DNA of 64,000 nt from Candidatus Thorarchaeota archaeon (GTDB taxonomy: Archaea; Asgardarchaeota; Thorarchaeia; Thorarchaeales; Thorarchaeaceae), in the NCBI GenBank assembly GCA_016933575.1, contig JAFGAR010000051.1, forward strand, positions 1 through 64,000. Reading direction: 5' to 3'. The position numbers and the translations under genes were made by a program. The notes under the pieces were generated by a model, which worked only from the letters and a program-made list of their open reading frames with translations, did not search any database and was not told where the DNA came from. Below are positions 17,550 through 27,414 of the stretch, one piece after another. Numbering within the stretch: position 1 is the stretch's first letter; every line of letters starts with the position of its first letter.

Positions 17550-17647
17550 TCAATGAACTCTATCAAAGTCACCTTTGTAAGAAGATTCGAATTCCTCTGA
17601 TTTGTAGAAAGAAGATGTTTATGAACCTTCAATCTAGGAAGTAAACA

Positions 17648-18646
17648 GTGGTAGAAGTGGCATACCAGTATTCAGATGACACCTCAAAAAGAATCAGAGG
17701 ACTTCGAAAGGAGCAATGGAATATAATAATTACAGCAGTTCTATTTGGATTGACTCTAAATCTTATAGCAGATTTTGTCAATTCGTTTGGGGACCCAGCA
17801 ATAGCGTTAGTGACAATTCTGTATAGATGTGTTGTTGCTATGATAGCAGTTCTGGTCACCATAGGTGTAATGACATGTCTTGTAATTAGAGAGTTTCATG
17901 AAGAATGTGAGAAGGAAAGAGAAATCGAGCTGGATTTCTTCTTTAATCAGGAAACGGGAGAACCCTATTCAGAAACGCATTATCCTCCAACGGATAGACT
18001 GGCAATAGTGTTCGCAAGATCAAACCAAGAGGAAAAGGAGGAGTTAACTGAACTTGTGAAAGAAGCTGCAGCAAAAAGAGATACATCCAAATTGCTTCCT
18101 TTTCATGAGCTATTAACTATTTATGAGTTAACACATAGACGGGTTCCATTTGAAGGTGAATCCGAAACGATATCCTTTATGGATAAGATTGAATTGAAAC
18201 AATCACCAATTGGGAGTAAAGATAGCGTGTATCATGCTTATAGTTTCAAGATTCCTGGTTGGTTTGATTCAGAATATGGAAAATTCGATACGACTGGAAC
18301 ATTACCAAAGAAAACTCTCATAATAAATTGGAAGAAGGGATATCATGGTAAGATGACCATAGAGTTTGAGTACACTCAAGGTTTTATTTATCATCAAGAT
18401 AAAGACTTACTTCTCAGACCTATATCTGGGCATTTATCGCTGTACAGATTAGTAACGAATATTGTTATGAAGACTAAGTTCTCTCCAATGAGATTATTCT
18501 TCAGAAAATCTAACGTAGAAATGTTAATTGAGTGGAGTAATAACCTCTATAATAGACTACTTGATACAGCTGATTGGAAACATCACATTCAGTCATATGA
18601 GAACGAGGAAAGGAAATCTGCCTATTCTATCACGCTTTTTGGTTAG
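17648..18646 (+). CDS. Hypothetical protein with two N-terminal TM helices
   Basis: 332-aa ORF, 2 hydrophobic helices, AT-rich. Confidence 0.7.
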   Translation: MVEVAYQYSDDTSKRIRGLRKEQWNIIITAVLFGLTLNLIADFVNSFGDPAIALVTILYRCVVAMIAVLVTIGVMTCLVIREFHEECEKEREIELDFFFNQETGEPYSETHYPPTDRLAIVFARSNQEEKEELTELVKEAAAKRDTSKLLPFHELLTIYELTHRRVPFEGESETISFMDKIELKQSPIGSKDSVYHAYSFKIPGWFDSEYGKFDTTGTLPKKTLIINWKKGYHGKMTIEFEYTQGFIYHQDKDLLLRPISGHLSLYRLVTNIVMKTKFSPMRLFFRKSNVEMLIEWSNNLYNRLLDTADWKHHIQSYENEERKSAYSITLFG

Positions 18647-18795
18647 AATCCTTTTCTTTGTAAAATCAGATTGTTTATGCTATTTATTTTGTAGAATACT
18701 AAAGAAGTATGTTGATAGTGATGAAGTATTTTTATTCTAACAATATGATTAAAAGGAAACAGCATGCGAATAAATTCAATAGAGGCGTGTTTACT

Positions 18796-19002
18796 ATGCC
18801 TAAGACTGCAAAGAAGAAGAGGAAAGGAAAAGGTAGTGGACCAATGCCATCGGGCGGCGCTGGGTTAATTCGCTTCTTCGAAGACGAGACTCCGGGCATT
18901 AAGGTTGGACCGACTGTGGTACTAGTACTCGCAGGTATTCTTGTCGTAGCCACTGTTATTGCACACTTAATCCAGCAAATACAGATAGCAGCAGCATCTT
19001 GA
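18796..19002 (+). CDS. secG: Preprotein translocase Sec61beta
   Basis: GAGLIRFFEDETPGIKVGPT followed by a TM helix. Confidence 0.92.
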   Translation: MPKTAKKKRKGKGSGPMPSGGAGLIRFFEDETPGIKVGPTVVLVLAGILVVATVIAHLIQQIQIAAAS

Positions 19003-19097
19003 ATTGGTCATTCTTGATTAGTTCATTGGATTGAACATGCCCTAAGTATTATAAAGGACTCCAGATGGAGAGCCACAGCCAGGATTGGTGATTGACG

Positions 19098-19379
19098 ATG
19101 AAAGTTAAGGGTGAACTGAACAAGTACTGTCCCCGATGTCATAAGTATACAGAACATGCTGTATCCATTGAGAAAGCAGGTAAAAGAAGGAGTATGTCTG
19201 AGGGAGAACGTCGGATGAGACGAAAGACCCTTGGCTACGGGTCATTTCCAAAACCAATCCAGAAGCGCTTTGCAAAGACAACAAAGAAGACAGTCTTACG
19301 GTTCAAATGCAAAGAATGTAGCCATATCATCCAAGGCAAGAGCATACGCATGAAGAAAGTCGAGGTTGAGCGAGCATAA
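19098..19379 (+). CDS. rpl44e: Ribosomal protein L44e
   Basis: YCPRC..HT-like motif, K.TKK..LRFKC.EC. Confidence 0.95.
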   Translation: MKVKGELNKYCPRCHKYTEHAVSIEKAGKRRSMSEGERRMRRKTLGYGSFPKPIQKRFAKTTKKTVLRFKCKECSHIIQGKSIRMKKVEVERA

Positions 19380-19389
19380 GGTGATCATC

Positions 19390-19590
19390 ATGACTAAGGG
19401 TGAAATTGTACAGCAACCGAATTCCCGATTCCTCAAGGTAAAGTGTCTCGACTGTGAGAACGAACAGATTATTTTTGGTAATGCTACGACAGAAGTGAAA
19501 TGCCTTAAGTGTGGAAAGATACTTGCTAAACCTAGCGGAGGGAAAGCTAAACTCGAACCAATCGCAAGAGAGGTAGAGGTCCTTCCATAG
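19390..19590 (+). CDS. rps27e: Ribosomal protein S27e
   Basis: PNSRFLKVKC.DC.NEQ.IF...C..CG..LA.PSGGKA. Confidence 0.96.
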   Translation: MTKGEIVQQPNSRFLKVKCLDCENEQIIFGNATTEVKCLKCGKILAKPSGGKAKLEPIAREVEVLP

Positions 19591-19601
19591 GTGAGTGAAA
19601 G

Positions 19602-20396
19602 ATGGTCCTGAAACGTGCTGAATGGCCAAATGCTGATGAATACGCAATAGCTGTAGCTACAAAGGTGGCTCCATATGGAGCATACGTTCAGCTACCTGAA
19701 TATAAGGACAAAGAGGGGTTCATTCATATCTCCGAAGTCAGCAGCACGTGGGTCAAGAATATCCGTAATCATATTCATGAAAACCAGCGAGTCGTAGTCA
19801 AGATATTGAAAGTGGATCCTGAGAAGATGCATATTGACTGTTCACTACGACGGGTTTCAAATGAGTCAAGGAGACAGAAGAATAACGAATGGAAACGTGC
19901 TCAGAAGGCTGAGAAGCTCCTTGAACTTGTAGCAAAAGAGAATGAAATGACGATCGAACAGGTCTATGAAAAAATCGGATGGCCAATCGAAGATGTCTTC
20001 GGCGAGATTTATACTGGACTGGAGAAGGCCTCAGATGGCGGAGTTGATGTATTTGAGGATGTCCAAGCCACGAAGAAGTTGAAGAAACAGGTGGCAGATC
20101 TTGCTCAGCAAAGAATTGAGATTCCCTACGTTGAGATTGATGGCGAAATGACAATAACTGTTCCGGGTCCCAGTGGTATTGAAGTTATTAAAAAGGCTCT
20201 CACTGAGGGACTCCAAAGGGGAAAAGAACACGATAAATCTACAACAGAGATCTATACACTCGGTTCTCCCAGGTACAAACTGAGAGTAGTAAGCCCAGAT
20301 TACAAAGAGGCTGAGGAAATTCTCTCAGATGTTCTCGGTCTGGTTACAAAACAGATCCAAGACAATTCAGGGACCATTAGTTTTGCAAAGAAATAG
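19602..20396 (+). CDS. eif2a: Translation initiation factor 2 subunit alpha
   Basis: S1 domain EGFIHISEVSS.WVKNIR; conserved operon position. Confidence 0.95.
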   Translation: MVLKRAEWPNADEYAIAVATKVAPYGAYVQLPEYKDKEGFIHISEVSSTWVKNIRNHIHENQRVVVKILKVDPEKMHIDCSLRRVSNESRRQKNNEWKRAQKAEKLLELVAKENEMTIEQVYEKIGWPIEDVFGEIYTGLEKASDGGVDVFEDVQATKKLKKQVADLAQQRIEIPYVEIDGEMTITVPGPSGIEVIKKALTEGLQRGKEHDKSTTEIYTLGSPRYKLRVVSPDYKEAEEILSDVLGLVTKQIQDNSGTISFAKK

Positions 20397-20406
20397 GGTG
20401 GTCATA

Positions 20407-20580
20407 ATGACTCATCTCTTCAGATGTCCTAAGTGCGATGAGTATACACTTAGTGAGCAGATATGCCCAAGATGTGGCAGTAGTGTGGTAGATCCCAAGC
20501 CACCTAAATATAGCCCTCAGGATAAATATGGGAATTATAGACGAAAAGCAAAACGTGTGGCTCAACAAAAAGAAGGATGA
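20407..20580 (+). CDS. nop10: H/ACA RNP protein Nop10
   Basis: C..C..YTL...CP.CG...PPKYSPQDKYG.YRR. Confidence 0.95.
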   Translation: MTHLFRCPKCDEYTLSEQICPRCGSSVVDPKPPKYSPQDKYGNYRRKAKRVAQQKEG

Positions 20581-20600
20581 GAATAAAAAAGAAAATACAA

Positions 20601-20625
20601 GGCAACTGATTCTTCATCAGTTGCC
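20601..20625. terminator. Perfect 10-bp inverted repeat between convergent nop10 and aglB
   Basis: GGCAACTGAT-TCTTC-ATCAGTTGCC. Confidence 0.6.
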
Positions 20626-20643
20626 AGTTTCAGTGAATTGCCT

Positions 20644-23370
20644 TCAATATAGTTGAATTGGAACCCAGAACGACTTCCACTCGGTAGAGAAGGTTGGTTC
20701 ACCATAGTTTCGATTGTTCCACCAGAGCAGCTTTAGCTGGTAATTCATTCCCTGATTCATTCCAACATCTTGTACGTCACCAGAATCCAATGGAACAATG
20801 AACTCTATGACACCATCATTGGAAGCAAAGTGTGTGGAGTTTGTTCCAGTTGTATCTTCGGCCCAATTTCCATCGTAACGGATGTATCCATCATAGGGTT
20901 GTCCGTTATAGTTTACAATACGTAGATCTGAGTCAGGAATGTTATTCTCTGGAGCTATCTGTAGTCCAAAGGCATCATCGCCTACGGTGTAGTTGTCCAT
21001 TTTAATTCCATAATAGATATGGGTGGAGTTGGACTGAGTGTACACACGACCTTCATAGCCACCGCCAAAGACTGTTCTGTAGTTTGATAGAGCCAGTTCA
21101 TTTGTAAGGAGCTGACCATCAAGTCTAGCATCGAGATTGCCAGTCTTCAGACTGGGAACGATATCAGCTCTAGTACGGTTCATGTACTGATAGTACATGG
21201 TATAGTCAATCTCGTATATCTTGACAGTGCCGTATATTGAGCTAATGAACGGTTCCTTGAATGCACCATGAAGACTTACGGGCATATGATCGGTCCAATC
21301 AGTATCCTGCCAGAAGTACTTGTCCACTTCAATGCGAATACTGGGTAGACCAAGAGCATTGGCCTCATCCTGATCTATTGGTTCAGCATACGATAGCAGC
21401 TTGTATAGAGTGGAACTGTAGAACGGTTCGAGGGTCGCGTCGTTTGCTCCGAGGTAAGTGGCATCATCTATTAGTGATGTGCCAAATCGGTCTTCTGCAA
21501 TACGGACCATCCATGGCCACTTGCCATCATCGCCACCTAAATTGCTGATCCTATGACCCCAGTAGACTAGCACATGGGTTGTGTTCCATAACTTGAAGGT
21601 CTTCAGCGACTCTGTCAGGTTCAATGCCATCATTGCATAGCCCATAAGGGCAATTTGCGTACTATTGAATGTTGCATTATCAACAATAGTCTGTGCACCT
21701 GAAGCGCCGTTGATCCAATAACCATAGTCCCACCAACTACCAACTATTGCTGTTGGTGGTAAGACATTTCTGATGTAGGTCATTGCAACCTGCCAATCAG
21801 TGACTTGTTGGGTATCAGTGAGTTGAGATGAGGCAAACTCGGAGTTTCCTACCTGTAAAGAAACATATTGTACACCAAGAATCACATTTACTGAGAGCAA
21901 TAGAGCTACAAATGCAAAGGCTGTTAGAGAATGCTCTGATGTCAGTGATGTACTCATCCTGAATCGTCGTCTCTCAAACACTGATTTCTGTGTGACCACT
22001 TTTGCGTAAGGTGCAAGAACATTGTATGAGGCAACAGCAGCAAGCACTGCTACTGCAGGAGCAAGTATTAGACTCAATCGGATCATACTTCCTGCAAAGT
22101 AGACGGATGTCAAGCCAAAGAGAAGCATAAACCAGTCCTCATCACGACCTCTCTTGAACAAGAAATACATTCCAAGTGGGAAGAAGAATATCAATACTAG
22201 GAGTGTATTATAGAAACTACCCCAAGGACTAGGCAAATGTTCTGCAACAGATGCGAAGATTCTTTGATCGAGTCTGAAAAACGGATTGATGACAGATATA
22301 AATTTCGATCCGATTGTAACTATGGGAGTGGAGCTGTAGGGAGTGATTGTTAACGGGTTGCTTCCGACATATAGCAGATACGATACGAGCCCCACAGCTG
22401 GAGTTATTATACCAAAGAGGATTGGTTTCATATAAGGCGCTAATACATTTGCTGTTGCTTCTCGATATCCACCAATTCGTAACCAGATTTCATACAATAC
22501 CAGTAGTCCAGCTACACCAATCGGAGCAAGTGTTGAGAATTCCGTTAGACTTCCAAACCCATTTCGGGGTATAAGAGCACCGATAAATATTCCAAGCGCA
22601 ACGGTAATTGTAAAACTTGAAAGTAGTCGTTTGCTATAACGACCTATTACAAGCATCAAGAATCCATATAGTGCTAGTAGACCAAGCATAAAGTCTGATG
22701 CGCCCCAAGAAACTAGCAAGTATCCCAATGCGAGGCCAGCACCAATAGAGGCAGTCAAAGATCCACGTTTCAATCCTCTCATGAAGAGGAATGATGTGAG
22801 TACTATTGCGAAAACGCCTATACACTCATTATCATAGAAACCAACTATGGTCCTCTGAAGAAAGGCAGGGATGAATGCCATGAATATGCCAGTGAAGAGA
22901 CCTACTGTGTTGTTTTGTAGTTCACGACCCAAGAAGAAAGCAACTACAGAGGTAAGAGCTCCCATGAATGCTGGAAGTATGAGTGATACTGTAAGCACAT
23001 CAACTGAGATACCAAATCCGTTCAACAAGAAATAGAAGAAAGCACTTGTGAATGGGACTCCAATATAGGTCGTTACAGTCATATCACGGCCAAAAGGAAC
23101 CCATGTTGAATGATCATACCACGTGAAGAAAGCACTAAAGCCATTATCAGCAATATAGTTGGTTACACGCAATTGGAACCAAGGGTCAAAAGCACGTACG
23201 AGCGGTTGAGCGTTGATAAGGGGTTGCAACCGTAGTAATAATGCTGTTATGAATATGATGACAACAGTCACAAATAGGAGGACTGTACCTCGTGAAATTT
23301 TTGATTTAGGTCGATGGAATGCTTGTTTTAGGAACCGCACACTTGACCGTTTTATTTTTCCGAATGACAT
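20644..23370 (-). CDS. aglB: Oligosaccharyltransferase catalytic subunit STT3/AglB
   Basis: FDPWF, YDNE, SVAEH, WWDYG, DNAT, DDGKWPWMVRI. Confidence 0.95.
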   Translation of the reverse strand: MSFGKIKRSSVRFLKQAFHRPKSKISRGTVLLFVTVVIIFITALLLRLQPLINAQPLVRAFDPWFQLRVTNYIADNGFSAFFTWYDHSTWVPFGRDMTVTTYIGVPFTSAFFYFLLNGFGISVDVLTVSLILPAFMGALTSVVAFFLGRELQNNTVGLFTGIFMAFIPAFLQRTIVGFYDNECIGVFAIVLTSFLFMRGLKRGSLTASIGAGLALGYLLVSWGASDFMLGLLALYGFLMLVIGRYSKRLLSSFTITVALGIFIGALIPRNGFGSLTEFSTLAPIGVAGLLVLYEIWLRIGGYREATANVLAPYMKPILFGIITPAVGLVSYLLYVGSNPLTITPYSSTPIVTIGSKFISVINPFFRLDQRIFASVAEHLPSPWGSFYNTLLVLIFFFPLGMYFLFKRGRDEDWFMLLFGLTSVYFAGSMIRLSLILAPAVAVLAAVASYNVLAPYAKVVTQKSVFERRRFRMSTSLTSEHSLTAFAFVALLLSVNVILGVQYVSLQVGNSEFASSQLTDTQQVTDWQVAMTYIRNVLPPTAIVGSWWDYGYWINGASGAQTIVDNATFNSTQIALMGYAMMALNLTESLKTFKLWNTTHVLVYWGHRISNLGGDDGKWPWMVRIAEDRFGTSLIDDATYLGANDATLEPFYSSTLYKLLSYAEPIDQDEANALGLPSIRIEVDKYFWQDTDWTDHMPVSLHGAFKEPFISSIYGTVKIYEIDYTMYYQYMNRTRADIVPSLKTGNLDARLDGQLLTNELALSNYRTVFGGGYEGRVYTQSNSTHIYYGIKMDNYTVGDDAFGLQIAPENNIPDSDLRIVNYNGQPYDGYIRYDGNWAEDTTGTNSTHFASNDGVIEFIVPLDSGDVQDVGMNQGMNYQLKLLWWNNRNYGEPTFSTEWKSFWVPIQLY

Positions 23371-23552
23371 CTGGAGCGCTCTCTCCGTGCTCTTTCGAAC
23401 TAACAGCAGCGATTTTCGGATGCGCTAAAAAGGTTGCTGTTAATTGTAAAGTCGTCCTATTGATTCGAGCATCAATACTGCACTAATATCTTAGAAATAG
23501 AGAAGCATGGAGGGGTAATAATGGCCCCACCATGATTAGTAGATTTTGTAAT

Positions 23553-23948
23553 CTATTGAGATTCAATGAACTTCTTGTAGGCTGTTGCATCCATCAATTC
23601 TTTGAGATCGGTATCGAGATTAGATGCCTTAATTTTGAACATCCATCCCTTCCCATAGCAATCTTCATTGACAATTTCAGGAGCATCTTCAAGTTCTGTA
23701 TTGACCTCTATAATCTCACCACTTACAGGTGTGAAGATGTCAGAGGATGCTTTCATTGACTCAACAAGACCACACTCATCTCCAACCTTGAGTACCGAAC
23801 CAGCCTCAGAGATTTCAACAAATGTAATCTCATGAAGCGAGTTCTGAGCATAGTCAGTTATACCAACAATGACAACATCACCTTCAACTTTGACCCACTC
23901 GTGTTCAGAGCTGTAACGTAATCCATCTTTGACTTCGGTGCCACCCAT
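23553..23948 (-). CDS. gcvH: Glycine cleavage system H protein
   Basis: HEWV, GITDYAQ, VESMKA lipoyl lysine. Confidence 0.95.
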   Translation of the reverse strand: MGGTEVKDGLRYSSEHEWVKVEGDVVIVGITDYAQNSLHEITFVEISEAGSVLKVGDECGLVESMKASSDIFTPVSGEIIEVNTELEDAPEIVNEDCYGKGWMFKIKASNLDTDLKELMDATAYKKFIESQ

Positions 23949-24002
23949 TATAGTCCACCAACGATTTCGGTTTAAAACTCTCGATTTAAATGAGTTTGGA
24001 TA

Positions 24003-25148
24003 TTACCCCGTTCGGGTTGATCCGTACTTTTCAGGGTCATAGAATGGCCATTCGGTCACCTTTGCCCGACGAAGGCGTCCTTTGATATCAATCTCAATAA
24101 TGTCATCAGTGGTTACAGTGTCAGGGGGAACATAACCTAACCCAATTCCATTATTTAGGATAGGAGAGATGCCACCACTTGATGTTTCACCAATCACTTT
24201 ACTGTTCAAGAGAATTGGATAGTGTTCTCTAGGGATTCCACGGTCAACCATTACAAATCCGATACGAGTCTTTGGTACACCCTCGTTTTTATGTTTCTGG
24301 ACAATATCATATCCAATATAATGGGGTTCGACCTTGAACTTGACTGCATATGGAATTCTAGCCTCGATAGGGGATGTTTTTTCATTCAGTTCGTGACCAT
24401 ATAGGACAAATCCTGCTTCAAGTCGTGTCGAATCACGCGCTCCTAGGCCACAGGGCTTGACGTCAAGTGTTTGTCCTTGTGTGAGAAGTTCATTCCAGAA
24501 TCCGATAGCCTTCTTTTTTCCTTCATCAGTAAAAGGCGTATTTAGTACAAGAACTTCAGCGCCATCCTCTCCAGTATATCCCGTTCGACATAGATAACAA
24601 TCATAGCCAGCTATATTTACAGGATTACAGGTAAATCTCTCAAACTCGTTAAGGTCGCGCTTTGCCATCATACTTAGTAGTTGAAGAGCCTTTGGACCTT
24701 GAACTGCAATCATTGCAATCTCTTTTGATCGATCAATGACCTTCACATCGAATGCGTTGGTATGTTCCATCAGATGATTGTATATTTTTGGACCATTGGC
24801 TGCATTTGTGACCCAGATGAATTCACTCTCTCCAATTCTATAGAGCATAAGGTCATCATGAATTCCACCAGTTTCATTCAGACAGGTAGTATAGTGCCCG
24901 CCATTGATAGAGAGCTTGCTAACATTATTTGTTGTGAGTGTCTGAAGAAAGTCAATGGCCTGCGAACCTGTTATGAAGAAACGGAACATGTGTGACGTGT
25001 CAAAAATACCTACACTGTTCCGAACAGCCATATGTTCTTCTCTAATATCGCTATACCGAACGGGCATCTCCCAACCAGCAAAGGGGATGACATCACCATG
25101 TTCCTTGTGCCAGTCATAGAGTTGCGTTCTTTCAAGCTTGTCGTTCAT
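24003..25148 (-). CDS. gcvT: Glycine cleavage system T protein
   Basis: FAGWEMP, FDTSHM, RTGYTGEDG, GLGARDSTRLEAG. Confidence 0.96.
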   Translation of the reverse strand: MNDKLERTQLYDWHKEHGDVIPFAGWEMPVRYSDIREEHMAVRNSVGIFDTSHMFRFFITGSQAIDFLQTLTTNNVSKLSINGGHYTTCLNETGGIHDDLMLYRIGESEFIWVTNAANGPKIYNHLMEHTNAFDVKVIDRSKEIAMIAVQGPKALQLLSMMAKRDLNEFERFTCNPVNIAGYDCYLCRTGYTGEDGAEVLVLNTPFTDEGKKKAIGFWNELLTQGQTLDVKPCGLGARDSTRLEAGFVLYGHELNEKTSPIEARIPYAVKFKVEPHYIGYDIVQKHKNEGVPKTRIGFVMVDRGIPREHYPILLNSKVIGETSSGGISPILNNGIGLGYVPPDTVTTDDIIEIDIKGRLRRAKVTEWPFYDPEKYGSTRTG

Positions 25149-25233
25149 CAAGATTCAACCTCTGGAGTTGATTCGAAGCTTAATCAGCTACATTTTATGT
25201 CCTTCCATCTAGTCCACATTTGGATGAAATCAA

Positions 25234-26091
25234 TTGGGAGACAATCTTGTTAACATCAATGGGATTCAAGTTGGTGACAGGCATCCGGTCAGACTTATGG
25301 GAGTTATTAACCTCTCTCCCGAATCCTTCTACAGAGGTTCAGTTGCTGTAGCTGATTCAGACATTGAGCAAGTTGTTTCAAACTTTGAAGAAGATGGCGC
25401 TGATTTCATTGATATTGGAGCGGCATCGACTGCACCAAAGAATATCTATGGAACTGCAAGCGTTTCGGTCGAAGAAGAGGTTCGACGTATCGGATTTGCA
25501 ATGAAGATTATTACCAACATAACCGATCTACCAATTTCTGTCGATACAACATCTTCAGTAGTGGCAGAAATGGCTCTTGATATGGGAGCAGCACTGATAA
25601 ATGATGTGTCAGGTCTACAAGAGGATTCTGAGATGGCTGGTCTTGTTGCATCAAGGGATGTTCCTGTAATACTCATGGCAAGTTGCGGATTGCCTTGTAA
25701 GAGTGTTCGTTCATCACTAGATACATTGAAAAAAAGCTACAAGATTGCACTTGATGAAGAGATTAGCAGAAAAAAGATCATTCTCGATCCAGGAATTGGA
25801 TTCGGAAAAGAAACGGATGTGGACTGTAAGATTCTGCATAACTTGAACAAGTTCCTTGCACTTGGGCAACCCCTTCTAGTTGGAGTTTCAAGAAAGGCGT
25901 TCATAGGTGAATTAGTTGGAACTAAAAATCCAGCAGAGAGACTTACTGGTTCCATCGCTGCAACAGCAATTGCAGTTTATAATGGAGCTAATGTGATACG
26001 AAGTCATGACATAAAAGACACAAAAGAAGCAATCCGCATCGGAGAAGCAATTCGTACGAGAGGAGGGATGAATCGTGATAGGATGGGATGA
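25234..26091 (+). CDS. folP: Dihydropteroate synthase
   Basis: MGVINLSPESF, DPGIGFGK, GVSRK, RSHD. Confidence 0.93.
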   Translation: MGDNLVNINGIQVGDRHPVRLMGVINLSPESFYRGSVAVADSDIEQVVSNFEEDGADFIDIGAASTAPKNIYGTASVSVEEEVRRIGFAMKIITNITDLPISVDTTSSVVAEMALDMGAALINDVSGLQEDSEMAGLVASRDVPVILMASCGLPCKSVRSSLDTLKKSYKIALDEEISRKKIILDPGIGFGKETDVDCKILHNLNKFLALGQPLLVGVSRKAFIGELVGTKNPAERLTGSIAATAIAVYNGANVIRSHDIKDTKEAIRIGEAIRTRGGMNRDRMG

Positions 26092-26791
26092 GTGGCGACC
26101 TGTTTATTTTGACATCGTTAAAAAACTCAATCTAGATACATCCAAGGATTACGAGGCAACATTGTTGTTGAGTGAATTACTCAAAGATGTAGATTCCAGT
26201 CCATTACTTGATGGTCTTCAAAAGAAAATCCATGGAAATATTGTCGTTGTATGTGGAGCTGGTCCTTCACTTCAGTCGCATATTCAGTCAATTAAATCTC
26301 ATTCTAGATTTGATGAGCTCGTGATTATTGCAGCCGATGGTGCTGTTTCTGCACTCATGGAGCAAGAGATTCATTGTGATTTCATTGCTACAGATCTTGA
26401 TGGCAAGATTGAGCACATCATAGAAGCGAGTGAAATGGGAACTATTTCGATTGTTCATGCACACGGTGATAATATTGACCGGGTTAAGAGATACGTTCCA
26501 ATTTTGAGATCGGTTTTAGGAAGTACACAGGTTGAGCCCTGTGAGAATGTGTTTCTATGGGGAGGATTTACTGATGGTGATCGAGCCTGTCATATTGTAA
26601 GCGATTATTCTCCAAGAGAAATTATTTTGGCAGGCATGGACTTTGGAGATATCGTAGGGAAGTGGTCTAAGCCCAGTCATGATGAACATTTTCTAGCTGA
26701 TAGAAGAAAGAAAATCAAACTAGAAATTGCACAGGGTCTTGTTTCTCAGCTATTTCAACGAACAAACATTCCCCACACTATTATGGACTGA
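26075..26791 (+). CDS. mptE: 6-hydroxymethyl-7,8-dihydropterin pyrophosphokinase MptE-like
   Basis: GAGPSL, AADGA, TDLDG, HAHGDN, GGFTDGDRA. Confidence 0.9.
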   Translation: MIGWDEWRPVYFDIVKKLNLDTSKDYEATLLLSELLKDVDSSPLLDGLQKKIHGNIVVVCGAGPSLQSHIQSIKSHSRFDELVIIAADGAVSALMEQEIHCDFIATDLDGKIEHIIEASEMGTISIVHAHGDNIDRVKRYVPILRSVLGSTQVEPCENVFLWGGFTDGDRACHIVSDYSPREIILAGMDFGDIVGKWSKPSHDEHFLADRRKKIKLEIAQGLVSQLFQRTNIPHTIMD

Positions 26792-26818
26792 TAAATGAAG
26801 ATTGAAAGTATCAGAGTA

Positions 26819-27241
26819 CTAGAAATAACCGACCTTAACAGACCAGAGATAACTAAAGATCAGGAATGATACCCCAGCTAGTATTATTCCAAGTAGGATA
26901 AGTCTAGTTGCATAACCGGGTTGGAATACATACTTTGATCCATAGTAGACAAGACCAAGGCCAATTGTGCCTACAAAGATAATGACTGATGCAACTACAC
27001 CTTCTAGTCCCAATTGTGTGTCAATACCTGGGGCAATGAGAATAGGTGTACCACCGGATCCACTAGCAATTGCAGGGGGAGACCGAACTAGTGTGTAGAT
27101 ATTTCCACCGAGGACAAATAGAACAACTACAAACATGAGTCCAAAAATGACTATGTCTGGAGGCCTAGTTGGCATTCCAAATCTTGGCCTAGTGAGTCGT
27201 ACTTTAGGTTTTACAATAATCCTCGGCCACCAAGGCTGCAT
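26819..27241 (-). CDS. OST3/OST6 family, DC2/OSTC-like oligosaccharyltransferase subunit
   Basis: 3 TM helices; GG.IY...PP, Q...EG..AS, K..GY pattern as in eukaryotic DC2. Confidence 0.8.
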   Translation of the reverse strand: MQPWWPRIIVKPKVRLTRPRFGMPTRPPDIVIFGLMFVVVLFVLGGNIYTLVRSPPAIASGSGGTPILIAPGIDTQLGLEGVVASVIIFVGTIGLGLVYYGSKYVFQPGYATRLILLGIILAGVSFLIFSYLWSVKVGYF

Positions 27242-27414
27242 AATCTTACCTCGAGCGGTTTCGAATTTGTGTCTGCTTTTAAGAGTATCGAGAAAGAAAG
27301 AGGCGTACTATGGTATTATGGACAAAGGCTAGCCTTTCGTGAGACTCATGAGAGGTATTTAAGAACTTGAAAATTGTGTTTGTAATAGAGAGGTGATGGA
27401 TTCTGACTCGACTG

